Assembly (NCBI GenBank): GCA_040389905.1
Contig: JAZJZK010000007.1
Location: forward strand, 287,492-351,491
Source of the DNA: Gemmatimonadota bacterium
GTDB lineage: Bacteria > Gemmatimonadota > Gemmatimonadetes > Gemmatimonadales > Gemmatimonadaceae
Direction of reading: 5' to 3'
DNA: 64,000 nt
Part shown: positions 1 to 9,799 of the stretch, in pieces
Position numbering within the stretch: position 1 is the stretch's first letter
Layout of the letters: each line of letters opens with the position of its first letter
The notes under the pieces: model-generated
What the model was told of the DNA's origin: nothing
The model's input: only the letters and a program-made list of their open reading frames with translations
The model's database searches: none
Made by a program: the position numbers and the translations under genes

Positions 1-1
1 G

Positions 2-1114
2 GTGGCACGCGGCGAGAGCAACGTGCCGCTCGACGAGAAGGCCGTGAGTGAGTTCATGCCGGTCTTCACCGCGTTCCGGGCGATGGCACGCGACCTCGGC
101 GAGAGTCGCTCGGCCCTCGTGGAAACGCAGCGTCGCACGGACGCAGTCCTGCGGACGGTCGCGAGTGGCGTGATCGCTGTCGATGAATCGGGACGCGTTA
201 TCCTGGCGAATCCGCGTGCCGAAGCGCTGCTCGGCTCCATTCCCGCAGCGGGACAGGCGGTGAATCGGCTTGCCGTGCCGGCGGTGTCGGCGCGCGTCGC
301 CGGCTTCTTGCGCAGTTCGCAGACCGCGGACGGATTCGAGTTGGAGCGCGATGGTCGTACGCTGCGCGGCCAGCTTACGCGACTCACGCGCGGCGGCGCA
401 GTGCTCACCTTCGATGATGTGACGGAGCTTGCGCGGGCGCAGCGTGTGTTGGCGTGGGGCGAGATGGCGCGCCAGGTGGCGCACGAGATCAAGAATCCGC
501 TGACGCCTATTCGACTTGGTGTTCAACACCTCCTGCGCGCCCGCGGGCGGGACGACTTCGATGCGATCTTGCGGCAGAACGTCGAGCGGATTCTTACGGA
601 GATCGACCGGCTCGATGAGATTGCGCGCGCTTTTAGCCGGTACGGTGGTGCGCCAGAACAGCGCGCGCCTGCTGAGGCGACAGATGTCGTTGCGATCGTG
701 CAGGATGTGATTGCGCTGGAGACGCTCGGTGAAGGAAACGTACAGTGGGCGTGCGATGTCTCCGGTGATATTCCGCCTGCATTTGCCAATGGCGACGAGT
801 TGCGCGAGGTCTTACTGAATGTCTTTGAAAACGCCCGGCATGCAGAAGCGCGAACCGTGACGGCCACGGTTTGCACGATCACCGTGCCCGACGGCTCGGC
901 GCGCGTTCGAATCGAAGTCGTCGATGATGGGACGGGGATCGCGAGTGATGTGTTGCCGAAAATCTTCGAGCCGCACTTCTCCACGCGAACGAGTGGGAGT
1001 GGGCTCGGGCTCGCGATTACGCGACGCCTGGTCGAAAGTTGGCAGGGAGAGGTGTCGATCGAGAGTGCGGAAGGGGAGGGAAGCACGGTGCGTGTGGACC
1101 TTCGTCCGGTCTAG
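2..1114 (+). CDS. Sensor histidine kinase, NtrY-like (HAMP-PAS-HisKA-HATPase), 5' truncated by window edge
   Basis: H-box MARQVAHEIKNPLTPI, N-box LLNVFENA, G1 DDGTG, F-box IFEPHFST, G2 GSGLGL. Confidence 0.9.
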   Translation: MARGESNVPLDEKAVSEFMPVFTAFRAMARDLGESRSALVETQRRTDAVLRTVASGVIAVDESGRVILANPRAEALLGSIPAAGQAVNRLAVPAVSARVAGFLRSSQTADGFELERDGRTLRGQLTRLTRGGAVLTFDDVTELARAQRVLAWGEMARQVAHEIKNPLTPIRLGVQHLLRARGRDDFDAILRQNVERILTEIDRLDEIARAFSRYGGAPEQRAPAEATDVVAIVQDVIALETLGEGNVQWACDVSGDIPPAFANGDELREVLLNVFENARHAEARTVTATVCTITVPDGSARVRIEVVDDGTGIASDVLPKIFEPHFSTRTSGSGLGLAITRRLVESWQGEVSIESAEGEGSTVRVDLRPV

Positions 1115-1123
1115 CCTCACTGG

Positions 1124-1146
1124 ATGTCATCCCGAGCGAAGTCGAC
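1124..1146. repeat. Half copy of GTCATCCCGAGCGAAGTCGA REP-like element
   Basis: Matches arms at 43262-43295 and 55893-56036. Confidence 0.55.
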
Positions 1147-1201
1147 CTGCGTGACAACGATTTCGAACGCGATCTGGATGCGATGCAGGAACTCGTGCGC
1201 G

Positions 1202-1450
1202 TCAGCGGCCAGCTTGTCCAAGGAAGTAGGCTCCGGCGACCATGAGGAAGACGAAGAACGCCCACGCCGCCCTGTGCACCGTCGCGCGCGCGGCCTCCGT
1301 GTAACCCACCGGAGAGACCTTTGTGAGCTTGGCGTGAAGCTCTCTGCGCTCGTCGATCAGCGCATCGATGTATTCGCGGACGTACTCGTTCTCGTGCTTC
1401 GCCGCGTGCGCGATCAGCCTGCGCGGAGACATGCGTCGGGTGGCAGTCAT
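1202..1450 (-). CDS. Small hypothetical protein with C-terminal TM helix
   Basis: Coiled-coil-like ERRELHAKL followed by hydrophobic AAWAFFVFLMVAGAYFLG. Confidence 0.5.
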   Translation of the reverse strand: MTATRRMSPRRLIAHAAKHENEYVREYIDALIDERRELHAKLTKVSPVGYTEAARATVHRAAWAFFVFLMVAGAYFLGQAGR

Positions 1451-1478
1451 TGGCCGAGAAAGAACGGTTCGGGGTTGT

Positions 1479-1913
1479 TCAAGTCACGTACGTGCGCGTC
1501 GATTTCAGGCTGCGGGATATCGCGAATGAGCAATGCGCGTCCGTCGATTCGACGGATCTTCGGATTGTCGCTTCCTGCGATGCTTTCACCAGCAGCACCC
1601 GAAACAATCGTCCGGTGGGGTTGAGCTGGAACCAAAAGATGATCGCAAGCGCGGTCGCGATAACATTCGCCATGATGTACAGCCGGCTTCGGATGTAACG
1701 CGCCGTCCGCGTGACCGAGTGGCTCTCCGCCCACGCGAGCTGCTTCCGCAGCTCGCGGATCTCCGCCTCGTACAGCAGGACCTCGTCGAAGGTGTCGTCG
1801 CGCGCATCGCGCCTCGCTGTGCAGGCGAGAACGTACTGGTCGGCGCCCGACGCAGTGATCCGCCATGTTTCCTCGGGCGGCGCTCGATGGCCGTGGAGTG
1901 GCGCGCTTGTCAT
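1479..1913 (-). CDS. Hypothetical membrane protein
   Basis: EIRELRKQLA then TM-like IMANVIATALAIIFWF; TAGAAT -10-like box upstream. Confidence 0.4.
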   Translation of the reverse strand: MTSAPLHGHRAPPEETWRITASGADQYVLACTARRDARDDTFDEVLLYEAEIRELRKQLAWAESHSVTRTARYIRSRLYIMANVIATALAIIFWFQLNPTGRLFRVLLVKASQEATIRRSVESTDAHCSFAISRSLKSTRTYVT

Positions 1914-2111
1914 GGCTCGGCCAATTCTACGCTACCGTATCAAGATCGAGGCAAGTCCCGCCACTCAGGTGAGCGCGCGCATGCGCGCCCTTCACTTCGA
2001 ACGAAGGACGCTTCTGCAAAGTGGCGGCAAGGGGACTGAAACCCTGGCAGTCCGTCTCTCGTATGGGAAACCAATACGTTATGCAATTTCCCCTGCGTAC
2101 CGAGATTCACC

Positions 2112-2852
2112 ATGACTCAACGTCTTACCCTCGCTGCGTCGAGCGGGCTGCCCTTGCTATCGCTCGCCTTCCACGTGGCGATGGGAGTGATTGCACTCGT
2201 GACCGGCTATGTCGCCATCGCCACGCGTAAGGGCAGCCCATGGCATCGCCGCGCGGGTCTCGTCTTCGTGTGTACCATGATCGCGACCGGCCTCACGGCC
2301 GGAGCAATCTCGATCTATGAAGGAAAGCCCTTTGGCGGCGGATTCCTGACGGCGTATCTCGTCTTTACGGCGTACACCGCACTGCGGCCGCTGCCCGCAT
2401 TCGGACGCGCGATCGAGATCGTGCTCCTTGTCCTCGTATCCATCGCGACGTACGGCATGTTCCGAAACGGCATGACCGCGCTCGGAAATCCGAACGGCAC
2501 ACTCGATGGTGTTCCGGCAGGAATGCTCTTCTTCCTCGGCAGCGTGTTTCTTCTCGCCGCAATCGGCGACGTCCGCGTGCTGCGCGCGGGCGGCATCCAG
2601 GGATCGAAGCGAATTGCGCGCCATTTCTGGCGCGTGTGCTTCGGGCTGTTCATCGCGTCGGGCTCATTCGTCGCGCAACTGGTGAAGATGCCGTTCATGC
2701 CGGCGCAGCTTCGCAGCGTTCCGGTCATTGTATTGCTTGGCGGTGCGCCGCTGGTGGTGCTGCTCTACTGGATGTGGCGCATCCGCCTCAGGCATAACCT
2801 GCGTGGACTGATGACGAAGCCGATCGAGGCTCCGTTCGTGCCGATCGCATGA
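2112..2852 (+). CDS. Multi-pass membrane protein (DUF2306-like)
   Basis: Multiple TM helices; KGSPWHRRAG and RIARHFWR motifs. Confidence 0.75.
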   Translation: MTQRLTLAASSGLPLLSLAFHVAMGVIALVTGYVAIATRKGSPWHRRAGLVFVCTMIATGLTAGAISIYEGKPFGGGFLTAYLVFTAYTALRPLPAFGRAIEIVLLVLVSIATYGMFRNGMTALGNPNGTLDGVPAGMLFFLGSVFLLAAIGDVRVLRAGGIQGSKRIARHFWRVCFGLFIASGSFVAQLVKMPFMPAQLRSVPVIVLLGGAPLVVLLYWMWRIRLRHNLRGLMTKPIEAPFVPIA

Positions 2853-2923
2853 CAACACCCGCGGTGTAGTGGAGCGTCACCCAATTGCGGAGTGCAGAAA
2901 CACGTGTCGCGACAACTGTCCAC

Positions 2924-3505
2924 TCAACGGCGCACCCGATAGCGCACGTGAAGCACCCGGTTGCCCTGGATCACCACGTCAGGATCGTCCAGCAAATGCT
3001 GCGCGTCGACCGACCCGAAGTAGCGCTTGCCGGACCCGAACACCACGGGTACGACATCCATGCGCACCTCGTCGACCAGCCCCTCGGCAAGCACCTGGCC
3101 ACCGACGTCGCCAGCGGCGACCTCGACCACGCGATCGCCCGCGAGCTCCTGCGCCTTGAGCACGGCCGCCGTTACACCCTCGACGAAGTGGAACGGCGCC
3201 TCGGGATGCCAGCCCTCGGGCCTGCCCCGGTGGGTCACGACGACGACGTGGTCGATCCCGCCCGGGGGCTTCCCGTCCCAGCCGTCCGTCATGTCGAAGA
3301 CGTGGCGGCCGACGATGGTCGCCCCGATCTGGTTCCAGTACGGCCGAGTGTAGTCGTACGACGCCTGCGACACCTTTAGCACGCCGCTCTCGTCCAACGG
3401 GACGTCACCGCTGAGCAACCAGTCGAACAGCGGTCCGGGCTGGTCGCTCTCGTCCGCGATGAAACCGTCGACGGACACCGAGGCGTACATGACAACCTTT
3501 CCCAC
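2924..3505 (-). CDS. Dihydrofolate reductase-like / RibD C-terminal domain protein
   Basis: SVSVDGFIAD, GLVDEV...VPVVFGSGKRYF; GGAGGAG RBS before GTG at 3505. Confidence 0.85.
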   Translation of the reverse strand: MGKVVMYASVSVDGFIADESDQPGPLFDWLLSGDVPLDESGVLKVSQASYDYTRPYWNQIGATIVGRHVFDMTDGWDGKPPGGIDHVVVVTHRGRPEGWHPEAPFHFVEGVTAAVLKAQELAGDRVVEVAAGDVGGQVLAEGLVDEVRMDVVPVVFGSGKRYFGSVDAQHLLDDPDVVIQGNRVLHVRYRVRR

Positions 3506-3571
3506 GGGGCACTCCTCCACTTTGGGTTGCCCCCAACGTAGCCTCTCGCGAGCACGCAGTCTTGTAAGAAA

Positions 3572-4411
3572 TCAATCGGCCGGCAGCGGCCAGCCGTCCA
3601 TCACGTGGCCGGGATGTTCGCGCAGGAATCGCTGCCGGACTTCGATGTATCGTGTCGGCGTGAGCCCGGTGAAGTCCCGGAACTCGTGACCGAAATGGGC
3701 CTGGTCGAAGTAGCCTGCGCTACCAGCGAGGCCAGCCCAGTCGATCGGTTCGGCGGGGTCGATCGAGAACACGGTGGCGGCGAAGCGCCAGGTGCGCGCC
3801 AGTCGCTTCGGCGTTACGCCGATGAGTGCCTTGAAGCGCTGTGCCAGGTGCGTGTTGCTCACACCGGCTGCCTCCGTGAGGTCGCGGATGGCCACCGACC
3901 CGCTGGTCGCAGCGATGATGCTGCTCGTGTGGCGGACCAGCCCCAGGCCGGCTGTCTCACTCAGTCGTCGCCGTAGCTCCTCCTCGAGAAGCGTCAGCAT
4001 CTCGTGAGGTCCGTTCGCCGTGGCCATCCGGTCTCGCAGCTCCGCAATTGCAGACCGGCCCCACACCTGCTCGACCGTCACCGGCCGGTCACACAGCTCG
4101 GCCGCAGGCATCGGCAGAAAGGGCGCCAGCCCCCACGGCTTGAAGTGCACGCCGACGGACCGGGTCCAGAGTGGGTAGCCGAAGTCGAACGCTCGAGTGG
4201 GCATGGTGATCACGCAGCCGTCGGTGTACTCGGCGGTCTCGAGGTCGGCGCCGCCGCGGATGCGGAACGGCGCGCCGAGGTTGACGATGAGCAGCGCCGC
4301 CGGCATCGGCGGCAGCGTCAGGCGGGCGTACGGCGGCGCGCCTTCCAGGTAATAGAGGTCGTCGATAAGCCCGTTCAGCGGCGCTCGCGGGACTCTGGAC
4401 ACGTACTCCAT
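3572..4411 (-). CDS. AraC family transcriptional regulator
   Basis: C-terminal HTH GVTPKRLAR...AGYFDQAHFGHEFRDFTGLTP; ATG at 4411 lies 6 nt after TATACT. Confidence 0.9.
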   Translation of the reverse strand: MEYVSRVPRAPLNGLIDDLYYLEGAPPYARLTLPPMPAALLIVNLGAPFRIRGGADLETAEYTDGCVITMPTRAFDFGYPLWTRSVGVHFKPWGLAPFLPMPAAELCDRPVTVEQVWGRSAIAELRDRMATANGPHEMLTLLEEELRRRLSETAGLGLVRHTSSIIAATSGSVAIRDLTEAAGVSNTHLAQRFKALIGVTPKRLARTWRFAATVFSIDPAEPIDWAGLAGSAGYFDQAHFGHEFRDFTGLTPTRYIEVRQRFLREHPGHVMDGWPLPAD

Positions 4412-4628
4412 GCGCCCAGTATAGCAGGCGTCCCGCCGCGCCATCCGTGCTCGTGATCACGTCTCATCGGTACGTGCACAGGAGCTGGCTCACGTTCATC
4501 GTCACAAGACGACCCTGTCCTGCGCTCGCCGGGGTCATCATGGGGCGAGTGGCTCACGCACGATCACTCGCCCAATCCGGTCTTCCGTGCCCCCTGGGAG
4601 GAGGGCTGGTCCTTCCTGCCTGTACCGC

Positions 4629-4801
4629 TCAGAGCTTGCCCTTCTCTATGAGCCGGTCGTACTCGGGGTGGGTCACCACGTGGCGGACGTAGATCGGGCC
4701 GAGGTCGTAGCGCATTGCGACCACGAGCCGGTACTTGTTGCCGCCAACGTTGAAAGCCGCCTTTCGCGGCCGATGAAATCGACCATCGGGAAGTCCTTCT
4801 A
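4629..4801 (-). pseudogene. higB: HigB-family toxin remnant
   Basis: 4763-4629 reads KAAFNVGGNKYRLVVAMRYDLGPIYVRHVVTHPEYDRLIEKGKL*; upstream KDFPMVDFIG is in another frame behind a TAG at 4799-4801; absent from ORF track. Confidence 0.75.
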
Positions 4802-4939
4802 CGTGTCGAACAGCGCCGCCTGCCTTTCGCGTGAGGACTACCCGTAGGGCTAGTCATCGCCATAGGCTGGTATCTGAGGCGGCCGCCTCCGATGTTAGAG
4901 TGCGGCCACCTCTGGCAGTATCCTCCCTGGGAGAATGCT

Positions 4940-6595
4940 ATGGTCACGACTCGAGGATTGGTTGGTGCCACTGTGGCGCTCATCGCCATCGCGGTGAGTC
5001 CCCTCATGTTGTCGGCGCAGCGAATCCAGGGGACCATTCGAGACAGTGCGAGCGTGCGCCCCATATCCGGTGCGGTGGTCGCCCTCCTCGATTCACTCGG
5101 CAATACCCTCGCGAGAGGAACGACGGACGACCGAGGGCAGTACACGCTCGTCGCAACGCCAGAGGCGCGTCAGCTTCGCGTGGTACGCATCGGCTTTCGT
5201 CCGCAGCTGACGACGATCCCTCGCGGTCTGCGGGCGGACGTCTCGCTCGTACCGATCCCCTTTCTCCTGGCGGAGCAGCGCGTTATCGCCGCCTCGAACT
5301 GTCCCTCGCGGGGCGATCGCGCGGCCGCACTCTCACTCCTTGAGCATGTTCGCGCCGGCCTGCTCGCGACGGTGGTCGCGAGGTCTCAGAACACTGCGAA
5401 CATGACTCGGCTGCTGTTCGAACGCCGGATGGAGGGTAGCGGCGATCGTGTGGTGAGTCAGGCCGTCCGCCGAAGGAGCGGCACGGCAAACGCCACACCA
5501 TTTGGCGCCGCCCGCAATGCTGCATCGTTTGTCCGCGAAGGATTCAGGGAAGACAGCGTCGGCGCACAGACGTTCTACGGGCCCGACGCCGAAACCCTTA
5601 TCGATGAAGACTTCGCGCGCGGTTACTGTTTTCACGTGAAGGACGCTGATGGGGCGCGTCCGCATCAGGTGGGACTCGGATTCGCAGCCACTGAACATCG
5701 TAATGGAAGGATCGACATAGCCGGCGCGCTCTGGGTGGATACGCTTGCGCGGGCGCTGCGCGAGCTCGACTTCTCCTATGTCGGACTTGATTCACGAACG
5801 AGCGCGCTGAGACCTGGCGGAGAGGTCGTTTTCGGGGAACTCCCAAATGGAATGGCGCTCGCGGTGCGCTGGTCCCTTCGCCTCGTGAGCGGACGGCAAG
5901 AGGCGGGAGGCATGATGCTCACCAACTCGGGCGCGGTCTCCGGCGGAAGGACATCGCGCCTTTACGTTAACGAGATCGGCGGCGAATTGGCACGCGTGGC
6001 GTGGCTCGACGGCCGAACATGGACGGCGCCACTCGGAACGTTCCGGCTACGCGCGCGCACGAAGCGAGGCAAGCCTGCTGCCGGCGCGCTGGTGCAGCTC
6101 GAGGGCACCGACTCGCAAGGCGTCGCCGATTCCACGGGACTCGTGACGATCGGTGAATTGCTCCCTGGACCCTACGCGATCTTCATTGTCGATCCGCGGT
6201 TGTCGGCGCTGGATCTGCTTCTCTCAAGCTCATCGAAAGCGACGGCGACCCGGGATTCGGTGACCGATGCGACTCTGGACGTCGAGTCGGCCGAGGACTT
6301 CGTGGCCGATCGGTGCGAACGTGATCAGCGCATTACCGGCGGCGCGTGGATCCTCGGGCGCGTCGTCGCACGGGACGGAAAGCCAGTTGGTGAAGCGCGC
6401 TGGGTCATCAACGATGAATTCGGGTCGCGACTCGTCGAGGGAGGCCGAGTCGGCGGGGATGGCCTGTTTCACTGGTGCCAGCTCCCGCTCGACAAGCGGG
6501 TCGAGATCGAGGCGTGGCTGGGCGACAGACGCGTCAAGGCAAATCGTGTGCTGGCGGAAAACCTTACCATCATCCGCCTCGAGTTGCCCATGTAG
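4940..6595 (+). CDS. Exported protein with carboxypeptidase-regulatory-like domains
   Basis: Signal peptide; IQGTIRDS..PISGAVVALL..TDDRGQY; paralog of the N-terminal part of 43367-45931. Confidence 0.8.
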   Translation: MVTTRGLVGATVALIAIAVSPLMLSAQRIQGTIRDSASVRPISGAVVALLDSLGNTLARGTTDDRGQYTLVATPEARQLRVVRIGFRPQLTTIPRGLRADVSLVPIPFLLAEQRVIAASNCPSRGDRAAALSLLEHVRAGLLATVVARSQNTANMTRLLFERRMEGSGDRVVSQAVRRRSGTANATPFGAARNAASFVREGFREDSVGAQTFYGPDAETLIDEDFARGYCFHVKDADGARPHQVGLGFAATEHRNGRIDIAGALWVDTLARALRELDFSYVGLDSRTSALRPGGEVVFGELPNGMALAVRWSLRLVSGRQEAGGMMLTNSGAVSGGRTSRLYVNEIGGELARVAWLDGRTWTAPLGTFRLRARTKRGKPAAGALVQLEGTDSQGVADSTGLVTIGELLPGPYAIFIVDPRLSALDLLLSSSSKATATRDSVTDATLDVESAEDFVADRCERDQRITGGAWILGRVVARDGKPVGEARWVINDEFGSRLVEGGRVGGDGLFHWCQLPLDKRVEIEAWLGDRRVKANRVLAENLTIIRLELPM

Positions 6596-6848
6596 GCAGG
6601 CGGGCACGGTCGCCGGTGGGTTCGACGCCAAACGCGTGGTGGCGTCGAATGGGCAAGGACGCCTGTGTACAAGGTGCAGACTCTATCCGATGCTCGTCCG
6701 TGCAAAGGGTAACGGTGTCACCGACGCCACGGCGTACGCAGGGGCGCTTTAGGCAGCATGGCGTACGTCTCGGCAAACGACTTTTCCACGGTGTTGCATG
6801 TCTTTCAGCTCAGCGCAGTGGAGCTGAAGGCACTCTTCCCGTTGCGTC

Positions 6849-7487
6849 ATGCACGCGGACGCATGGCACCGTGAACGTGCAATATTCCGGCGCGCATGTA
6901 GATCGCCGATACTGTCGGCTGGTCTCGCGGTCGATCAAGCGGGCTTTGAGTTTTTCTCATCCTCCTTTTCTGGTTACTTCGGCATCAGCCGCTACTCGGG
7001 CTCCAATACCACGCCCGATTTCACCTTCGGAGGCGGGTTCATCACCACGCCGGGCGCGTTGGCCTTCGGCCCCGATGGATTCCTGTACATGATCGACTCC
7101 GGCCTCGGCAAGGTCCTCGGCTTCAACACGAACGACGGAAGCCTGCAGAACTCGTTCTCCCTCGCTGACGCGGCGAATGAAGCGACGCTGGTCATTGGTC
7201 CTGATGGCCGAGTGTACACCGCAAACGGAAACGGCGGGGGCTACGTGTACGACTCGGGCACCGGCGCCACCCTTGGCGCTTACGGCGCGGACAATCCGCA
7301 ATACGATTCACCCGCGCGCGCGGCCATGATGATGGACTCGAATGGCTATCTCTACGTGACCGATCAAACGGGCGTCTACGTGTTCAATACGGACGGGCCA
7401 ACGAGCACTCCAGAACCGTCGTCACTCCTGCTGATAGGCACAGCGTTGGCGGCGGGCGTCACTTGGAGACGGCGCCACCGCCACTAA
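6849..7487 (+). CDS. PEP-CTERM protein with NHL-like repeats, probably N-terminally truncated
   Basis: TPEPSSLLLIGTALAAGVTWRRR tail; GPDG-LY repeats; no signal peptide found. Confidence 0.7.
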   Translation: MHADAWHRERAIFRRACRSPILSAGLAVDQAGFEFFSSSFSGYFGISRYSGSNTTPDFTFGGGFITTPGALAFGPDGFLYMIDSGLGKVLGFNTNDGSLQNSFSLADAANEATLVIGPDGRVYTANGNGGGYVYDSGTGATLGAYGADNPQYDSPARAAMMMDSNGYLYVTDQTGVYVFNTDGPTSTPEPSSLLLIGTALAAGVTWRRRHRH

Positions 7488-8868
7488 TGGTTTCGCGTAT
7501 TCGAACTGTCTTGATGTTCATGAATTCGCGCATGCCAACGTCCGCAAGCTCACGGCCATAGCCTGACGATTTTACTCCGCCAAACGGAAACCGGGGGTCC
7601 GATGCCACCATCTCATTCACGAACACGCTTCCGCTGTCGATCTCGCGAATGAAGCGCTCCCGCTCTCCCGAGTCGGTGGTCCACACACTCGCCGCGAGCC
7701 CGAAGCGTGTGTCGTTTGCAATACGAATGGCGTCGTCAATGTCATCGACGACGAACACGCAACCAACAGGTCCGAACAGTTCTTCCCTGTAGGCGGGCGA
7801 ATCAGCCGGGATATCAGTGAGCACGGTCGCGGGAAAGTAGGCGGAGTCCTCGCGCTCTCGTGCGCCGCCACAGAGAAGCCGCGCTCCGCGCTGAACAGAG
7901 CGCGCGACCTGTTCTTCCAACTCTGCGGCAAGGGTAACGGTCGCAAGTGGTCCGAGTTGCGTTTTCGGAGACACCGGATCGCCGACGGCCAAGGCGCTCA
8001 TGCCCGCTGTAAACACGCGCGTGAAGTCTTCGGCAACGTCGCGATGCACGATGAAGCGCTTGGCGGCAATGCAACTCTGTCCATTGTTGATCGTGCGCGC
8101 CTTCACCGCCGTCTCCGCAGCGAGCGCAATGTTGGCGCTCGGCATGACGATGAATGGATCGCTCCCACCCAATTCGAGCACACACTTCTTGAGCGCCTTG
8201 CCGGCCGTCGCTGCGACGCTGCGCCCGGCGCCCTCGCTACCGGTCAGTGTCACGGCAGCCACTCGGGAGTCGAGGATGACCTCCGCCACCGCCTCGCTCC
8301 CGATCATCAGCGTCTGAAAAACACCGTCGGGCGCACCCGCACGGCGAAGTAACGACTCGAGTTCCAGCGCGCACTGCGGCACATTCGACGCGTGCTTCAG
8401 CAGACCAACATTTCCCGCGACGAGCGCAGGCGCGAGGAAGCGAACGACTTGCCAGAAGGGAAAATTCCACGGCATGATCGCGAGCACCACGCCCAGTGGA
8501 TCGTAGGCGATGAACGACTCGTGATCGGCGTCCATCACGCGTTGGTCCGTCAGAAACGATGGGCCGTGCTCCGCATAGTAGCGGCACGCGAGCGCACACT
8601 TCTCCGCCTCGGCCACTGCGGCTCGGATTGGCTTCCCCATCTCGAGGGTCATCAGTTTTCCGAGACGCTCCTTCTCGTCGTCGAGGAGTTCGGCGACGCG
8701 ACGCACAACGTCCACGCGCTCGTTTACCGGCGTGCGTCTCCAGGCGTGCGCCGCAGTCGCGGCCAGCGCCAGTCGGTGCTCGACGTCGGAGTCGGCGTGC
8801 CCGCTGATCTCCGCGAGCAGTTCGCCAGTGGCAGGATTGACAGAGCGAAAGTGCGTCGCTTTCGACAA
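7459..8868 (-). CDS. NAD(P)-dependent succinate-semialdehyde dehydrogenase-like aldehyde dehydrogenase
   Basis: IMPWNFP, LTGSEGAG, LELGGSDP, GQSCIAAKR, EELFGP, FGGVKSSGYGRE. Confidence 0.9.
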   Translation of the reverse strand: MSKATHFRSVNPATGELLAEISGHADSDVEHRLALAATAAHAWRRTPVNERVDVVRRVAELLDDEKERLGKLMTLEMGKPIRAAVAEAEKCALACRYYAEHGPSFLTDQRVMDADHESFIAYDPLGVVLAIMPWNFPFWQVVRFLAPALVAGNVGLLKHASNVPQCALELESLLRRAGAPDGVFQTLMIGSEAVAEVILDSRVAAVTLTGSEGAGRSVAATAGKALKKCVLELGGSDPFIVMPSANIALAAETAVKARTINNGQSCIAAKRFIVHRDVAEDFTRVFTAGMSALAVGDPVSPKTQLGPLATVTLAAELEEQVARSVQRGARLLCGGAREREDSAYFPATVLTDIPADSPAYREELFGPVGCVFVVDDIDDAIRIANDTRFGLAASVWTTDSGERERFIREIDSGSVFVNEMVASDPRFPFGGVKSSGYGRELADVGMREFMNIKTVRIRETISGGGAVSK

Positions 8869-8873
8869 ATCAC

Positions 8874-9353
8874 TTACTCCTTGCGATAGACGGACTGCCA
8901 GCCGTGTGAGAGCGCGCCGATGCCCGCGCCGAGCAGAGCAGAAGGTACGCCAACGAGAGCTGCACCGTAGGCCGTGACCTCCACGAACTCAATGGTGTTG
9001 TGGCAATTATGGTTGCAGTAGACGTTGAAAAGGAGAGCGCTGAGCACCGCGCCGACGACCCCGCCAGTTATTCCACCAATCCTTGCGCCCTTCGCCCACT
9101 GATTGCCTTGTCGCGAAACAACATTGATGTCCCGGAGTGCGACCTGGCGTGTCGTATCCGACTCGGCAAGCCGGACCGAATCCGCAGATGAGCCGAGGAG
9201 TCGTCCCTCGTGAATGCCCTTCGTTTCGAGGCGGAGCAAGTCGCCGGGGCGCTGTGCGGTGATCGTGGCGACCAGCCGTGGATCGATGACAAGCTGTGCC
9301 GCGGCTGGTGCGGAGATCGTGGCGAGCAGGGCCAAGACAAGGAACGTTCTCAT
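8874..9353 (-). CDS. Exported hypothetical protein with glycine-zipper-like C-terminus
   Basis: Signal peptide; GARIGGITGGVVG and LLGAGIGAL segments. Confidence 0.7.
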   Translation of the reverse strand: MRTFLVLALLATISAPAAAQLVIDPRLVATITAQRPGDLLRLETKGIHEGRLLGSSADSVRLAESDTTRQVALRDINVVSRQGNQWAKGARIGGITGGVVGAVLSALLFNVYCNHNCHNTIEFVEVTAYGAALVGVPSALLGAGIGALSHGWQSVYRKE

Positions 9354-9460
9354 TTATCGCTCTCGGTGTGTTTCACTGTAACGCGTCACCGCGGGCGATA
9401 TCGGCTCACGGGAATGTCACAGCCGCGAGCACGCGAACCAAAACGAGCGGAACTGCCACT

Positions 9461-9748
9461 TCACAGCCACGCGCGCATGGCGCGCACGAACCACACCAGG
9501 GCATCCCACGTCCCACCGAGGAGGCGTTTCGCGGCAACCTTGTCCGTCGCGCTGAGTACGACGCCAACTGCAGCGACACCCACAACGGCTCGTACGATCG
9601 TGCCCTTGATGTGAACGCGCGAGCCGGCGCTGTCCGGGGCTATTACGCTCGAGTCAGGTATCGATGGTTGCGGGCCCGTCTGCTGGGCATACGCCGGCGC
9701 CGACGCGAGCAGCAGCAATCCGATACACGCCATTTTCCATTTCGTCAT
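9461..9748 (-). CDS. Small hypothetical exported/membrane protein
   Basis: Signal peptide ending AYA-Q plus hydrophobic segment. Confidence 0.55.
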   Translation of the reverse strand: MTKWKMACIGLLLLASAPAYAQQTGPQPSIPDSSVIAPDSAGSRVHIKGTIVRAVVGVAAVGVVLSATDKVAAKRLLGGTWDALVWFVRAMRAWL

Positions 9749-9799
9749 TTCGCGCTCCGTGTTGTTTCCACGTAACGCGTGATGAGGCGCGGCTTTGGC

